64,000 nt of DNA from Lama guanicoe (GCA_013239625.1 MU053881.1:11980879-12044878); one strand, 5' to 3'. Positions 25,418-38,424 are shown, counted from the stretch's first letter. A program made the numbers and translations. The notes: generated from the sequence alone by a model not told the origin.

Positions 25418-25598
25418 ACTGTGCAGCAGCCACTCTGCAGAAAAGTAGGGACGTTCCTTAAAAAACTAAACATAGACATACCATATGACCATGCAATCCC
25501 ATGCCTGGGCATGTATGAAAATTCTAATTCAAAAAGATACATGCACCTCAATGTTTTACAGCCACACTATTTACAACAGCAAGACATGGAAGCAATAG
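25418..25598 (+). mobile_element. Short L1 ORF2 3' fragment
   Basis: Translates as QPLCRKVGTFLKKLNIDIPYDHAIPCLG, homologous to ORF2p [28 protein letters not shown]. Confidence 0.8.
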
Positions 25599-25685
25599 AT
25601 TGATCGATCAATCAATCCAAAGAGCTAGATTCAGAATTCTCCTTCTCTTTCTTCCAGAAATCAAAGAGCAATTAGGAGGGTGGAG

Positions 25686-26023
25686 CAGGTGTAGCCAAAC
25701 TGTGGACGACAGGACAAATTTAGCCAGAAACTAGTTTTGTACAGTCTGTGAGCTGAGAATGGCTTTTGCATTTTAAATGGATGGGAGAAAAAAAAATCAA
25801 TACAAGACTATTTTGTGCCACATAAAAATTATTTTAAAAATTCAAAATTCATTATCCATAAATAAACTTATTGGAAGATAGCCATGTCCATGGGTCTACA
25901 CAGTGCCCACTGGTGCTTTGTGCTACAAAGACAGACTTGAGTGTCTGAGACAGACACTGTGGGGCCCAGAGTCCAAAACATTTGCTATCTGGCTGTTTAC
26001 AGAAAGAGCTGCCTGCTTTCCTT
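25686..26023. mobile_element. MER58B-like (hAT-Charlie) fossil
   Basis: CAGGTGTAGCCAAACT...GAGCTGAGAATGGCTTTT...ATCTGGCTGTTTACAGAAA. Confidence 0.75.
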
Positions 26024-27119
26024 GCCTCTGCATCCTAGTGTTGGTGGTACTGGTCTGTTGAGAAGAAAAATTTTGTTTAATGAAAATGATGCTGAAACAA
26101 ATATCCTCTGATCCCCTCATATACCCAGGAAATTCCCTACGGTAATGGTTGTCAATGCTATGCTACGCTTTGCCTCTGAATAATAGTACCTGGAGTTATT
26201 ACAATACAACATTGAAATATTCCCTTTAGGGTTAGAGATCTTTACACCTTGACTGTTACTAAGAAGTTCTCGTGTAAGAGGCTGCCAAAAGCCAGCCCAA
26301 TCTCCTTTCACAGAGAAGACAGAGTGGAGATAATGACTTGGTTTCAAACCTAAGGTATGTATACTTGAGCTAAAAATGTAAGGCCCCCAGGCTGCCAAGA
26401 TCCTGCAATGCATACCGAGTATATTATCTAGAGAGAGAGGAAAGGGCTGGTGTGTCCTAGGTAAAAGGTGGCGTAGTAACCTAAACTCCAGTTGTAGAAA
26501 TCAGCTCACTTTCTGCTGAGAGGTTAAGGAGCAGGACGACAACCACATATTTAGAACCTTGGGATGGATAAACGATTAGATCTGGTATCAGTTCAGGCAA
26601 CAGTGTTCTCTGGTTCAGCATTTCTAATGAACTTTTGGAACCATACGCTCAACATTATTTCTTAATGAATTTCTTTTGTCTTATTTCAGGAGCCCTCAGC
26701 ACTCCTTGGTTACACTTGGGTGACTCATAATTAGTTCTGCAATACTAACATAGATTACAGTTTGAAAAAAAAGAGAGTAAAAACAAATATGCTTTCAATC
26801 ACAGCAGAGGGGGGAAGGAATTGTTATAGAATGTGTTGGTATTGCAAATTACCTGGTTTTATTACTTGTTCTCTTTTTTATTTGTTTAAATTAAGATTTA
26901 CTTGAATTAAATTCTAGGTCCTTTAATTCTTATTCTTTCAATGACATTCTATTTTCTGAGTTTCAAAAAGAGTGATTTAAAAACATATGTATATTCTTTA
27001 ATGTTTATGGAAGTTACTTAGATAAGCCACCCTGGACATTAAAACTGATCTTTGAGTGAACAGCACAGTGATCGCTGCAAAGCACACCTGAGAGTCAAAC
27101 AACTGAGAATCGCTGAGCA

Positions 27120-27330
27120 TCATGGTAGAATCTGTCATAGGTTAAGATCACAGGTTTTCGGGTCTGACAAACTTCACTTTGAAGCCTGTTCTGCCACTTA
27201 GCAACTTGTAATCTCAAGTAAATTACTTTCACTCTCTAAGTCTTGATTTCAAAGGGCGTGTCCTCATAGTTGTGGACAGAATAAAATCTAGTAATTAATA
27301 CAAAGTCCCCAGCACAGAAAGTGCTCGTTA
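27120..27330 (+). mobile_element. MIR SINE
   Basis: GTTAAGATCACAGG...CTGCCACTTAGC...AAAGTCCCCAGCACAG. Confidence 0.55.
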
Positions 27331-27679
27331 AACATCATTCTTATTACTCCATATTATAACACAGTCTGATAGTCCTGTACTCCATTGACTCAACGTCCAA
27401 TGCCAAATGCATGAGTGTTCTCTAGTGCTCCTGAGAGCCTTTTGGCCATGAAACCTCCACTTGAACTCACCACATGCCCTCAAAGATGCCCATTTTTCTT
27501 CATATAGCTCCAATTACCAAAATTCTTCTTATGTTGGTCTTCAATTATTAAGTGTCTCACCCTAGGCCAGCCCTGTTTCATGAAGCTACACAAAATCAGT
27601 CTGTTCTATGATAATCCACATAAGTTTTCCTCCTCAAACTAATTAACCCAAGTTCCCTCAACCATTTCTCATATTTTAT

Positions 27680-27874
27680 CAGTAGTTCTCAACCCTTGCT
27701 GCATGTAGAAATCACTGGAAAACTTCTTGAAAATTCTGATGCATAGGAAACTCACCAAAAAAGTTAAATCAGAATCTCCAGGGATAGGACACAGGAACTG
27801 GCATTTTTAAAAGCCACCCTCCTGCCCCCCACCCCCGGCAGAACTGGATGAGCAGGCAGGGTTGTGTACCACTG
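27680..27874. mobile_element. MER5-family (hAT-Charlie) fossil
   Basis: TIR-like ends CAGTAGTTCTCAAC / GTTGTGTACCACTG; internal AATCAGAATCTCCAGGG. Confidence 0.75.
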
Positions 27875-28042
27875 TATATATTTTGAATTTTTTCCTTATA
27901 TTGATTACTTTATTCCTAAAAAACTGCTGAAATCATTGCTCTCAGATAAACACTGTACTCTTGATGTGACCTGAGCAAGGTCACCATCACCTCCCCTTTC
28001 CTTAAGGCAAGAAAACTGTCTGCCTTATTCACACAAACATAG

Positions 28043-28210
28043 TCCAGTTTTTTCTCAAACATTACTATGCACAAGAATGACTTGGGAATTTTGTTATGTT
28101 GTAGACCATGACTCAGAATATCGGAGATGGCGCCCAAGATTTGCACTTCCAGGAAGCACCTAGGTAATAATGACGTTGCCAGTCCAGGGACCGTACTTTG
28201 AGTAGAAGAG
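28043..28210. mobile_element. MER5A-like fossil
   Basis: CAGTTTTTTCTCAAAC...GCCCAAGATTTGCACTTCCAG...GGACCGTACTTTGAGTAG. Confidence 0.7.
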
Positions 28211-30039
28211 GTCCACCGGCTGATAAAATCACATTAAAGTGATATGCCACTCCTGAGAAAGAGCGAGCAAATTCTGTCTCATACACATCGTAAGTCATTT
28301 CACTGAATCTTTTATAATCTGTATGTACTTGGTGAGTTTGTTAGTTGGCTGGCAAGCCATCTATCTCAAATATTGGCTATTTTCTCAGACGTTCTGCTTG
28401 GTGCCTAGTCTGGAAACCAGCATCCATTTGTCTTTGTGGCAGCCGGGATGGTGAATTTAGCTACCTGAATTCATAGAAGTATGAATATTGCACTTTCAGG
28501 TTTCTGAGGAAGAAAACTTGCTAAAAGAGTCATATAATTTGAATAAACACCCTCTCTCAGTACAAGGATCATGTGCTTGCTTAATAACATGTCTTGAGAC
28601 ACTCAGTTGTCTTCAACGTCATGAACATAAAGAAGATGCTAAATGAATATCAGTTTATTAACTGATTGATGAGATATACTCACTGGACAACAAAACATGC
28701 TTTTTTTATGTCCATGGAATAACTGAAGAGGGGGACACTATGCCAAAAATGACAAGTTGCACGGCATAAACAGTGAATATAATTTCACTAATAAATGGGA
28801 AAACTGAAAGGGTTCGTTGAAACAAGGCACTGAAAGAGTGATAATCTGTAAAAAGATAGAGAAAGAGGGCAGGGAAACCTTTAATATGGATAATTTTATA
28901 TCCAGAGTCAACATCATGCTTGACTTGGGATATCTAATGAGATTGCAGATCTAAATGGTGTACTTGTAGGACCTTCTGTCACATAATGTCAGGGATAATA
29001 TATTGAGCCAAGGAACATGTGAGTTATATTACAACTGCAAGGGAATAAAAATTAAAACCCCTTCATGTGGAAATAGACATAATCGTGCTGCATTTCCCTG
29101 TAGAAGAGCATACAGTGACAATTTTTCTTCATATAATATTACATTAGTTTTTAATTCTTATTAGTAAGATACAAGAGTCATTAACACTATTAAAAATCTA
29201 ATTATGTTAGCAATTTTCCATCATGTCATATTTGAGCAGTTAAGTATTGGTATTTGTTTTTCCTAATGGGATTCAAAAGTCTAATTAATAGGCTTTCTTT
29301 TGTGGTTAAGTGGAATGAATCTCTGTGAGAAGCAAGCCATTTTTAATAGCTGTGGCAGCTTATTCTCTCATATATTACACTACCAAGCCAGTTGTCCATC
29401 TGTGGTATAAATAACTAGATACAAATTAGGAGATTATTCTATGAAACTGAACAAAGCTTTTCACTACCTGTGATGTTACAGCTACTAAGCTCTATGAACT
29501 TTGATACATTATTTACTAGACAAAAAGCACAGAAAAAGAGTTTGCAATAAATTATTACTTAAGGATATTTGTAGAAAGTGAAGAGAACATATTGAATGGC
29601 TAAGATGCTTTTTTTTTTTGCCTTAGGTGGTATCATTTTGAGGCAGTGCACATCCAAATAAGTAATAAATAGCCAAGAGTTGTGTTTCTTAACTCCAGTC
29701 TTATTTAATTAACCTAAAGTTAATGTCTTAATGCCTTTTTATTCCTTGGTATATATGCTAGTATATATGTAGTATATATAATATCATATAGGTAATATAG
29801 TACAATTGCATATATGTAATATAAAATTCCTATTATAGTATACAATATAATATGATATATATGTATAGATAGACACTAAGATAGTACCAAAGAATAAAGA
29901 ATATTATTCAGAATGCTGTTTCTTGGTTGTTATTATTTTAAATGCCCCTAGTATGCTGGTAATGTTATCAATCATGAAGTCACAGGAATTAAATCATCAT
30001 ATGCTTTCTCTTCAGAGTGTTATCTACAATTTTTAAGAT

Positions 30040-31795
30040 TTTATTTTTTAGAGCAGGTTTAGCTTCACAGCAAAATGGATGGGAGGGCACAGAGATTTTC
30101 CATATATCCTCTGTCCCACATACAGCCTGCCTTATTCTCAACATCCCCCCGCCCCAGAGTTGCACCTGTGTTATAATTTATGAGCCTATATCGACACATC
30201 TTAATCATCCAAAGTCCACAGTTCACATTATGGCTCACTCTTGGTGTTTTTTACTCTATTGGTTGGACAATAATGACATGTATCCATCATTATGGTATCA
30301 TACAGAGTATTTCCACTGCCCTAAAAATCATTTGTGCTCCATCTATTCATCCTTCCTCATCTTCCAACCACTGGCAACTACTAATCCTTTTTATCACTTC
30401 CATACTTTTGCCTTTTCAGAATGTCATGTAAGTGGAATCATACAGTTTACAGACTTTTCAGATTGTCTTCTTTCACTCTTTAACATGCACTAAAGGTTCT
30501 TCCCTATCTTTTATGGCTTGATAGCTCAATTCTTTTTATCACTGAATCATATTCCATTGTGTGGATGTACAACAGTTTATTTACTCATTCGCCTACTGGA
30601 AGACAACCTGGCTGCTTCCAAATTTTGGAAATTACAAATAAAACTGCCACAAACATCCGTATGCAGGCTTCTGTGTGGACATAAGTTTTTAGCTCTTTTG
30701 GGTAAATACCAAGAAGCACAATTGCTGGATTGTATGGTAAAGAATCTAAATTCTATAAGAAAGTACCAAACTGTCTTCCAAGGTGGCTGTACCATTTTGC
30801 ATCTCCACTAGCAGTTTATTAGTTGCTCCGTATCCTAGCCAACATTTGGCGTTACCGGTCTTCTAGATTTTGGCGATTCTAATAGGTGTGTAGTTGTTTT
30901 AATTTGCATTCCCCTGGTGACAGGTGATGTGAAGCATCTTTTCATACACTTATTTTCTATCAGGACATCCTCTTTGACAAGGTGTCTCTTAAGGTCTTTG
31001 GCCCACTTTTAAGTCAGGTTGTTTGTTTTCTTATTGTTGAGTTTCAAGAGTTCTTTGTACATCTCGGGTAACAATCCTTTATCAAACGTGCCTTTTGAAA
31101 ATATTTTCTCACAGCCTGTGGCTTGTCTTCCTACTCTCTTGACATTGTCTTTCACAGAGAAGTTTTTAATGAAGTCTGTATTATTAGTTATTTCTTTCAT
31201 GGGTCATATCATTGTGTTGTTTCTAAAAAGGTATCACCAAACCCCTAGGTTCTCCCCTATGTTACAATCTAGCAGTTTCCAAGTTTTGCATTTTGCATTT
31301 ATGTCTACGATCCACTTTGAATTAATTCTTGTGGAAGGTGCAGTGAGTAATGTCTGTGTCTTGATTCATCTTTTTCCACGTGGACGTCCAGTTGTTCCAG
31401 CAGCATCTGTGGAAAAGACTCTTTCTGCTCTATTATATTGCCTTTGCTCCTGTGTCAAAGGTCAGCTGACTCTATCTGTATGGGTCTATTTCTGGACTCC
31501 ACATTCTGTTCCAGTCATCTGTCTATCTGTTCTTTCACCAATACCACACTGACTTGATTACTACAGTTTTATATTAGTCTTGAAGTCAAGTAGTGTGAAT
31601 CCTCCACTTTTGTTCTTCTTCTTCAACAAAGTGTTGGCTATTCTAGGTCATCTACTTCTCCAGCAAACTTTAGAATCAAAGTGTTGGCTATTCTAGGTCA
31701 TCTACTTCTCCAGCAAACTTTAGAATCAAATTGTCAAAATCCGCAAAATAAGTTGCTGGGATTCTGATTGGGATTGCACTGAATCTATGTATCAT
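30040..31795 (-). mobile_element. Old L1 (L1MB/MC-like) ORF2 3' part + 3' UTR
   Basis: Minus-strand remnants VQPPWKTVWYFL and CEKIFSKGTFDKGLLPEMYKELLKLNNKKTNN homologous to ORF2p. Confidence 0.9.
31631..31730. repeat. Perfect 50-bp tandem duplication
   Basis: 31631-31680 identical to 31681-31730; CAAA microhomology at 31627-31630. Confidence 0.97.
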
Positions 31796-32219
31796 TTATT
31801 TTTCATTCTTTAATGAGACAGTATGGCTATCTTATGGCTAAATATGCATATGCTCATTTTATAAGTCTCATTGAACTATAATTTATTTAAGATTATGGGT
31901 AACATGCTAATTTGTTTCTGAAAATCACTGATTTCAAATATATAAACTGTATTCATCCCAAGGGACCTTTTTAGAGATAGGAAGGAAGAATGTGAGGGTT
32001 GTTAATGAATGAAAACAGGATTATGTCCATACTTCATCCCCCAAAATCAGACGAGCCCTACTTAAAACTACTTTACATCTTAATCGCCTGTATAACATGT
32101 TCTTTTATAAGAATTTCTCACCTTTGAACAAGTTTAAAAATTGAGGTTGAGATTTGCAGATAAAATGGTAGATTAAATACACACCATCTCTGTTCCCTCC
32201 CAAGACTCCGTCCATACAA

Positions 32220-32348
32220 GAGGAGAGGTACAACTTAATGGTAGAGTGTGCGCTTAGCAAGCATAAGGTCCTGGGTTCAATCCCCAGTACCTCCATACAA
32301 ATAAATAAACCTAATTACACCTCTAAACAAATTTTAAAAAGTTTAAAA
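32220..32348 (+). mobile_element. tRNA-derived camelid SINE (Vic-1-like) inserted in the HAL1 5' end
   Basis: TGGTAGAGTGTGCGCTTAGCA...GGTTCAATCCCCAGTACCTCC...AAATAAACCTAATTAC; imperfect TSD AAGACTC(C/A)GT(C/A)CA at 32202 and 32349. Confidence 0.85.
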
Positions 32349-33791
32349 AAGACTCAGTACAATGACAACAAATAAATTTTAATGCCTAAAACTATAAAGA
32401 TAATGGGAAAAGAGAAAGCAGCCCCAACACTTTGGAAGCTAGAAGGCAGGTAGGTGAGTGGTAAGTAACACAGAATTAACTGACTATGAAGCTGTCATGG
32501 AGCAAATCTAAGAAGCAACTGAACTTATCCTTCCCAACTGTAAAGGCTCAGGAATCAGCCACACTGTATACCGCTGGAAGGGGGATGAAGGTGATCTCCA
32601 AAACAGAATCCTGCTTATGAAGCAGTTAACTGTCGAATCTCTCCTGCTCCAGGAGGAGACTAGAGGGTTACTCTTTTTTGAGGGTTTAAAAAAAGTCTTT
32701 CCACGGGGACACTGAGTATTGTTGGGGTCGAGTATCACAATGAGAAAAGGAGGAGAAAGGAACTTCGTGAAGTAAATGTTTACACACAGAATGTTAGATC
32801 CCTTAGGTTTTTGCTCACACAGAACTTCCAGAAAGCTTGCATTCTAGCAAGGAGTTAGAAGAGGCTGCTCTGAGCAATTTAACCAATAAAGAGAGGAAAT
32901 ATGGCAAGACTGACATTCTGTGTTCACCAGTATAACTGCCCGACCATACGACTTAAGATCTCATTTGACAAATCACATTCAAATGTTCAGAGTCTCAAAT
33001 CAACTTTTCTGTTTCTCATTATTAAAATCAGCAGAGTTAAAGATCAGCAGATATGAGGAAATCTCTGGGGTGAAATACAGAGAACAAAGCAAGGAAGCAC
33101 ACAATGTGAAGGAAACAGAAATCATGCAGAGAAGTTTTAGAAATGAAAAACAGTGATTAGTATTTTCATAAAGATGAGTGAATATATTTGTTAAATGTAA
33201 CTATCAGAGGAATGTTCACAAAATAAGGAAGAGCTCTTAGAAATTACTATGAGAGCAGAAATTACTACGACAGCAGACTCAAAGGTGTTAATAGTAGAAC
33301 AAAGGGATAAAGAAATGGGAAAATAGCACAGAAAAGATTTACAAAATTAGAAAATTATGGCATAGGCCCCATCTCTGTACTTGTAATTTTGTAAAGAGAG
33401 AACAGAGAAAGGGGGGGAGAAAAATAAAATCAAGGAAATTTCCCAGCACTAAAGCACTTGTATTGAGATTGTAAACGTCCACTGAATGCCCAGTATAATA
33501 AATAATAATGTACTGACACTAACAATAGACACATTGAAGTATCATTATGAAATTTTAAAACCCCAGAAACTGACAGAAGATGCTCCAAACCTCCTTATGG
33601 AGAGAGTAAAAGGATTTCTGATAAAAGGAAGAGTCAGAATGTCATCTGAGTTTTGAACAGCCATGTTGATGACAAAACAAGAATGCCTTCAAAATTCTGA
33701 AAGAAAGAGATTTCCTAACACAATTCTGGACCTGGATGAACTAAAATTAAGTATAGTGGTAGAAGAGTGACTTCTATAGATATGCTCTATC

Positions 33792-33915
33792 AAAAAGAAG
33801 GAGGAGGAGGGGGAGGAGGAGGAGGAGGAGGAGAAGGAGAAGAAGAAGAAGGAGGGGAGGGAGAGGAGGAGGGGAGGAGGGGGGAGGGGAAAGGAAAGGA
33901 AAGGAAAGAAAAAAG
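33792..33915. repeat. 124-nt pure polypurine tract (GGA/GAA/GGGGA/GGAAA repeats)
   Basis: No pyrimidine on the + strand across the interval. Confidence 0.95.
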
Positions 33916-34439
33916 TACTCCCCATGAGATCATTCTCTGAAAACTTCTAGAAAATAGGCTTCTCCAAGAAGGAGTAATTCAAGAAAGAGGAAGGCAAGGA
34001 ATCTAGGAAACAGAAGATCTAACTCAAAAAGAGAAAAAAGGAATTAGGAAGCCATAAATGAAAACACCAAGGCCACAGCTGAGCAGATGCCTTACAGAAC
34101 CACCAGTCTGGATGGGAACAAGTGAAGACCCTGGGGGAAGTTGCTTTTACAGTGAGACCAGTAGATTGTCTGAAGCCTTGGCCCTTCCTGGGAGAAAACT
34201 CACACAACTGAGCACAGAATATGCAGTTGAATTTCTGATATGTTCATGCAGAGCTAAGCAAATACGTAACAGCAAACAACTAAGTCCAGGGAAACAAAAA
34301 TTTGCCAGAAAGGAAAATTAATCATGAGAGCTAACTCAGCTGAGAATAGTATTTGCATAGTCAAATAAAGTTAATGCTTAATACTGATCTAGAGGAAATG
34401 ATGACATAACTAGATTGGGAAGCTAAGAAGATTCCCAAA

Positions 34440-34441
<2 letters not shown>

Positions 34442-34471
<30 letters not shown>
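34442..34471. repeat. (TG)15 microsatellite
   Basis: Direct reading. Confidence 0.95.
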
Positions 34472-34478
<7 letters not shown>

Positions 34479-35249
34479 ATGTGTATGTGTAGGTATGGAG
34501 GGAGAGCAGACTAGAGGACAGGGGAGGAATGGAAGGTGAAATCTGATGATCATTAGAGGAAAGTAGACAGACAACGTTTAAGACTAAAAACATGAAAACA
34601 GCAGTACACATATTTTATTCAGAAATAAGGAAGTAGTAACCAAAAGAATGAACTAAATGGACTGAAACTAGTTACCTGAAGAGTAGGAAATACTTGAGGG
34701 AGTCAAGTGAGAAGACAGTTGTCATAAAACAGCCTGCAGGGCATCTAATTGATAAAATTATCTGTATCCTTAAGTACCCTAAAGTATATGCATATCCTTT
34801 GATAAAAACAGAAACTAACTTTTAATACCTAAAATTTTAATATCAGAAAAATCAGTAATAAAATTAGTTTCCTACAGCCTGAAATGTGGCATGACTTCAA
34901 TAAACACTTTGATTTTAAACAGCCTGGACAAAGCCCTGTTTAACTGAAGATACTGCATGATAGCATAATACACCGTGCAAGGATGACAAAATAATTTCTA
35001 AGCTCATGTCACCTTTGACCAAAGGTAGTTGTTCAGAATGATGTGACAAGCAGGATTTTGAAACGGGGTATAAGATCAGTGGAAAAGTATCCCGTGATGG
35101 ATTAACAATGTCTGCTACAGGTAGAAGGATGGAGAGTGGCAGCTCTAAGTGAAGCATTTTCCAGCCTTGGTTAATGAGGTGACAGTAAGGTCTAAGGGGC
35201 TCCTCCAATTTTCAGTGTGTGGTTTTATCCTGACCAGCAGTATTACAAA

Positions 35250-35387
35250 TGGCATGATCATATAACTTACCAAACAAGGAGAGATATTTTTTAAAGTGAA
35301 GTGAGGCAGGTGGGGTAACTATTAATAATTATGCAGGGACAACAGGCAGAAATGGGAACTATCCTGGGCAAACTAGGACGGTCTCCA
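35250..35387. mobile_element. MER81-like (hAT-Blackjack) fossil
   Basis: CTATTAATAATTATGCAGGGACAACAGGC...GGGCAAACTAGGACG. Confidence 0.65.
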
Positions 35388-35654
35388 TTTCTGTCTGTTG
35401 TTTCCGCATAATTACTGATGGACACCCCAAGTATAATCTGTAATACTGGATAAAGAATGGATCAGTTTGGTGCTAAAGTTGTAGTTTATATATAGAGACT
35501 TATTCTATATGTGTGTGTATGCATATGTATATATAGATGCAGATATAGATATATATATAGAGAGAGACTTAATTCTTAAATTGATGTTGAGGAGCTATTG
35601 GTAGAATATGAGATATCTAACAGTCCTAGAAATGGCATAATATAAGAGCTCGCA

Positions 35655-35752
35655 AAGGGGACAGGGTCTGGCTCAGGGGTAAGATGCATGTTTAGCATGC
35701 ATGAGGTCCTGAGTTCAATCCCCAGTAACTCCATTAAATAAATAGATAGATT

Positions 35753-35783
<31 letters not shown>

Positions 35784-35851
35784 TGATTTCCTCCCTTCTC
35801 AAAAAAAGTAAAAAAAATCAAAAAATTTTTTAAATAAAAATTAAAATAAAA
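35655..35851 (+). mobile_element. tRNA-derived camelid SINE with expanded (GATA)n
   Basis: TTAGCATGCATGAGGTCCTGAGTTCAATCCCCAGTA; TSD AAGAGCT(C/T)GCA at 35644-35654 and 35852-35862. Confidence 0.85.
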
Positions 35852-36056
35852 AAGAGCTTGCAGTTCTCTAATACATATATCTAACATATATATACATTTT
35901 TCAGTTCATTTATAATAATAGAACTAGTAAGAACTCAAAAAGAAAATACTAAGATTTGACTTTGCAAGTTACAGACAGCAAGACAAACAAAAACACTATA
36001 AAGGACAGGACATATTATTTCCATCTTGAAGTACAGTTCTGAGGCAAAAAAAAAAA

Positions 36057-36485
36057 GTGTCTTTTTTTGACCACTTTAATTTTGTTAGTTATTTTATTAC
36101 CTGTTTTGATCTTATCTTCTTGACTAGATCTGTCCTTTTAAAGCTACAAATGTGTGAAACTTTTCTCCATTGCTCTTTTTGGCCTTTCATGTTGAGAAAA
36201 ATGTTCTTCAGAATTCTGTTAAGTTTTACATGCATAGGTGTTACTCAAGTACGTATTATTTTGCTTTTCCACTTGTTTTATTTTTGGTTAAGTGAATGGT
36301 TTCTCCACATCATCGTTTTTGACTAATCAGTCTTGGCATCCATGCCTACTGCTCCCTTTCTTTTGCTTCTTGTATCTTGTTGATTTCCTAACTTCTTAGG
36401 TTAGATTTTTAGTTTATTTTCATTATTTCTTGTGTTAGTATGTGTTTAGTGCTGTGAGTTTTCATCTGAGCATGGCTTTTACTGT
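36057..36485 (-). mobile_element. Old L1 fragment
   Basis: T-rich antisense-L1-like sequence, e.g. GTGCTGTGAGTTTTCATCTGAGCATGGCTTT. Confidence 0.45.
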
Positions 36486-38424
36486 TTGTTTGTTTGTTTG
36501 TTTTGGTGTAAGAAGTTGGGAACTGTATGTCTTTATTCCAGTATGTTAAAACTAGAAACGAGAGTGGAAATATTTCTGTATTAAGTCTTAGGAAGAGAAA
36601 AATATCTTCTTCTTCAGGAGATCAGCCAGGAGAAGCATTAACCTCATGGACTATGTGCATGTCTCACCATTTGCTCTTCCCATGGTACTATTCAGAGTAG
36701 AGAACATTTCATACATGTGAGAAAACCTCAAAGAAACATTTGCCTTTTCTCTATCTGATTTTAGAATCCAAGATAACACGTATCTCAACAGCACATAAGA
36801 TCACAAAATGCTTTTCCTTAGAAATGAAATATGTAAGAATTCTTCCTGGCCTTGTATGTAACTTTGCTAGATTAATTAAAAAGGACAATAGGCAAGTAAA
36901 AACAAAATTTTCAAAACACTTTCACATAACGCAAACATAAATTTAATTTTACAAATATTCCCAAATATTCCACTTCAAGATGTAATTTTAATCTTGAAAC
37001 AAAATTATTAGAAATAATTCAAAATAGCCTTATAGGAACGTAAACTCCCTGAGAGTAGGTACTTTGTTATGTATATCCCTAATGTCATATTGTGTAACAA
37101 AAATTTTGGTGCCCTCAATAAACTTTTAATAAATACAAAATTTCAGTGGTAGCTTCCCAGTTCTCATAATCGTAAGCCTATCAAGGTAGCAACAATCATA
37201 GGTCCATACTGACCCAAAGTAAACACCTGGGTTCCGTTCTTGTTTCTCATTCACAAGCTCAGGTTATGTTATCTTACTGGTCCTTTTGCAATGAGGTTTT
37301 CACTCAAGGCACCCTCGTTTTCAGGGGAGCAATGACCCCGCTGTAACCTGAGTTATGTGGCTCCAGGGAGGCAGGACTCACAGAAGGGCTCCAACGACAC
37401 GTTCTGCTCATTCATACCACGTGTACCATTCCGTCGTGGCTCACAGTGTTAGAAAAATGTCTCTGCCTGCATGATGAAACACATCTCTCCCAAGGTTCGC
37501 CAGAGATTTGAAAATAAAAAGTAAATCTCCTCCTTGGGTGGGATCCACATTATCATGCAATCTGTGAGCTTGCCCACGTGAGCCCGTTCCAGACACTTTT
37601 AGATCAGTGGAGCAGCTATTAAAGTGCCATCAAAGCATTTTGACTCTATAGAATTAATCATGAAATCTGTTCCTGCCAGCTCACTTATCATATTCGAAAT
37701 ATTAATTTAGAGCAAAATTAAATCGGACACCCACCGACAGCAACATTTTGCCCTTCAGAACTCCTCTTCATATTGATTTATTAATGGCTGCCAGAACAGC
37801 ATACCAGAACAATTTATTACTTCTTTCTGGATGTTTCTGTATACTTACAAATAGTCCTTGGGAATGAGAGGTGTTATCTGATAGTCTTTTGACAGGGGTA
37901 TTTTTCAATTTGCATAACATTTGGGGGATTTACTGGGATTTAAAGAAGAAGTTTTATTTTAGTTTCAGTGGCAATGGGTGATGTGCTTCAAGAAGTTTTA
38001 AAGCCAGAATGGTCGCCTGACTGTGGTGCAAGTTGGAGATAATATAAAACTTAGTGCATCACTGAATTCACTCTCCACTGTGATGAGGTGCTGTAAAATG
38101 CAGAAAGGAAGCTTGGGGTTTCCTTTTATGAACTATGTAAATATTCTTTTTACTTTTGCTATTAAGATCTTAAATGCCCGCATCTGAATACCATGGAAGT
38201 TCAAATGATTAGCTGGGACAGCGTATATTCCAGGCAGTAAAAGCAAATACTTCTCTAATCGTGAGACAAAAGACCTTTATCCTCAGACCTCAGAGAGGAA
38301 CCACACTGCGCAAAGCCACCGAACAACTCTCCTGGGGCCCAGCGTCTCCATCTCATTTGTGTAAACAGCTTTGCAAACACAGATACAAATAAGAGATCGT
38401 CTTGTTTGAGCAGAAAGGCTTTGT

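Larger units (their letters stand above)
27400..28330 (-). mobile_element. L3/CR1 LINE relic interrupted by two MER5 elements
   Basis: CCCAAGTTCCCTCAACCATTTCTCATA and ACACTGTACTCTTGATGTGACCTGAGCA...ATCACCTCCC resemble antisense L3. Confidence 0.5.
32150..34815 (+). mobile_element. Near full-length HAL1 (half-L1, ORF1-only element), degenerate
   Basis: 5' part AAAATGGTAGATT...TTTGGAAGCTAGAAGGCAG; ORF1-like middle; GAAAGAGGAAGGCAAGGAATCTAGGAAACAG...CCAGTCTGGATGGGAAC; 3' end CTTTGATAAAAA; no ORF2 homology. Confidence 0.7.

Noticed and set aside
26117..26413. 98-aa minus-strand ORF
   Set aside because: No recognisable domain, promoter or convincing splice context; length expected by chance
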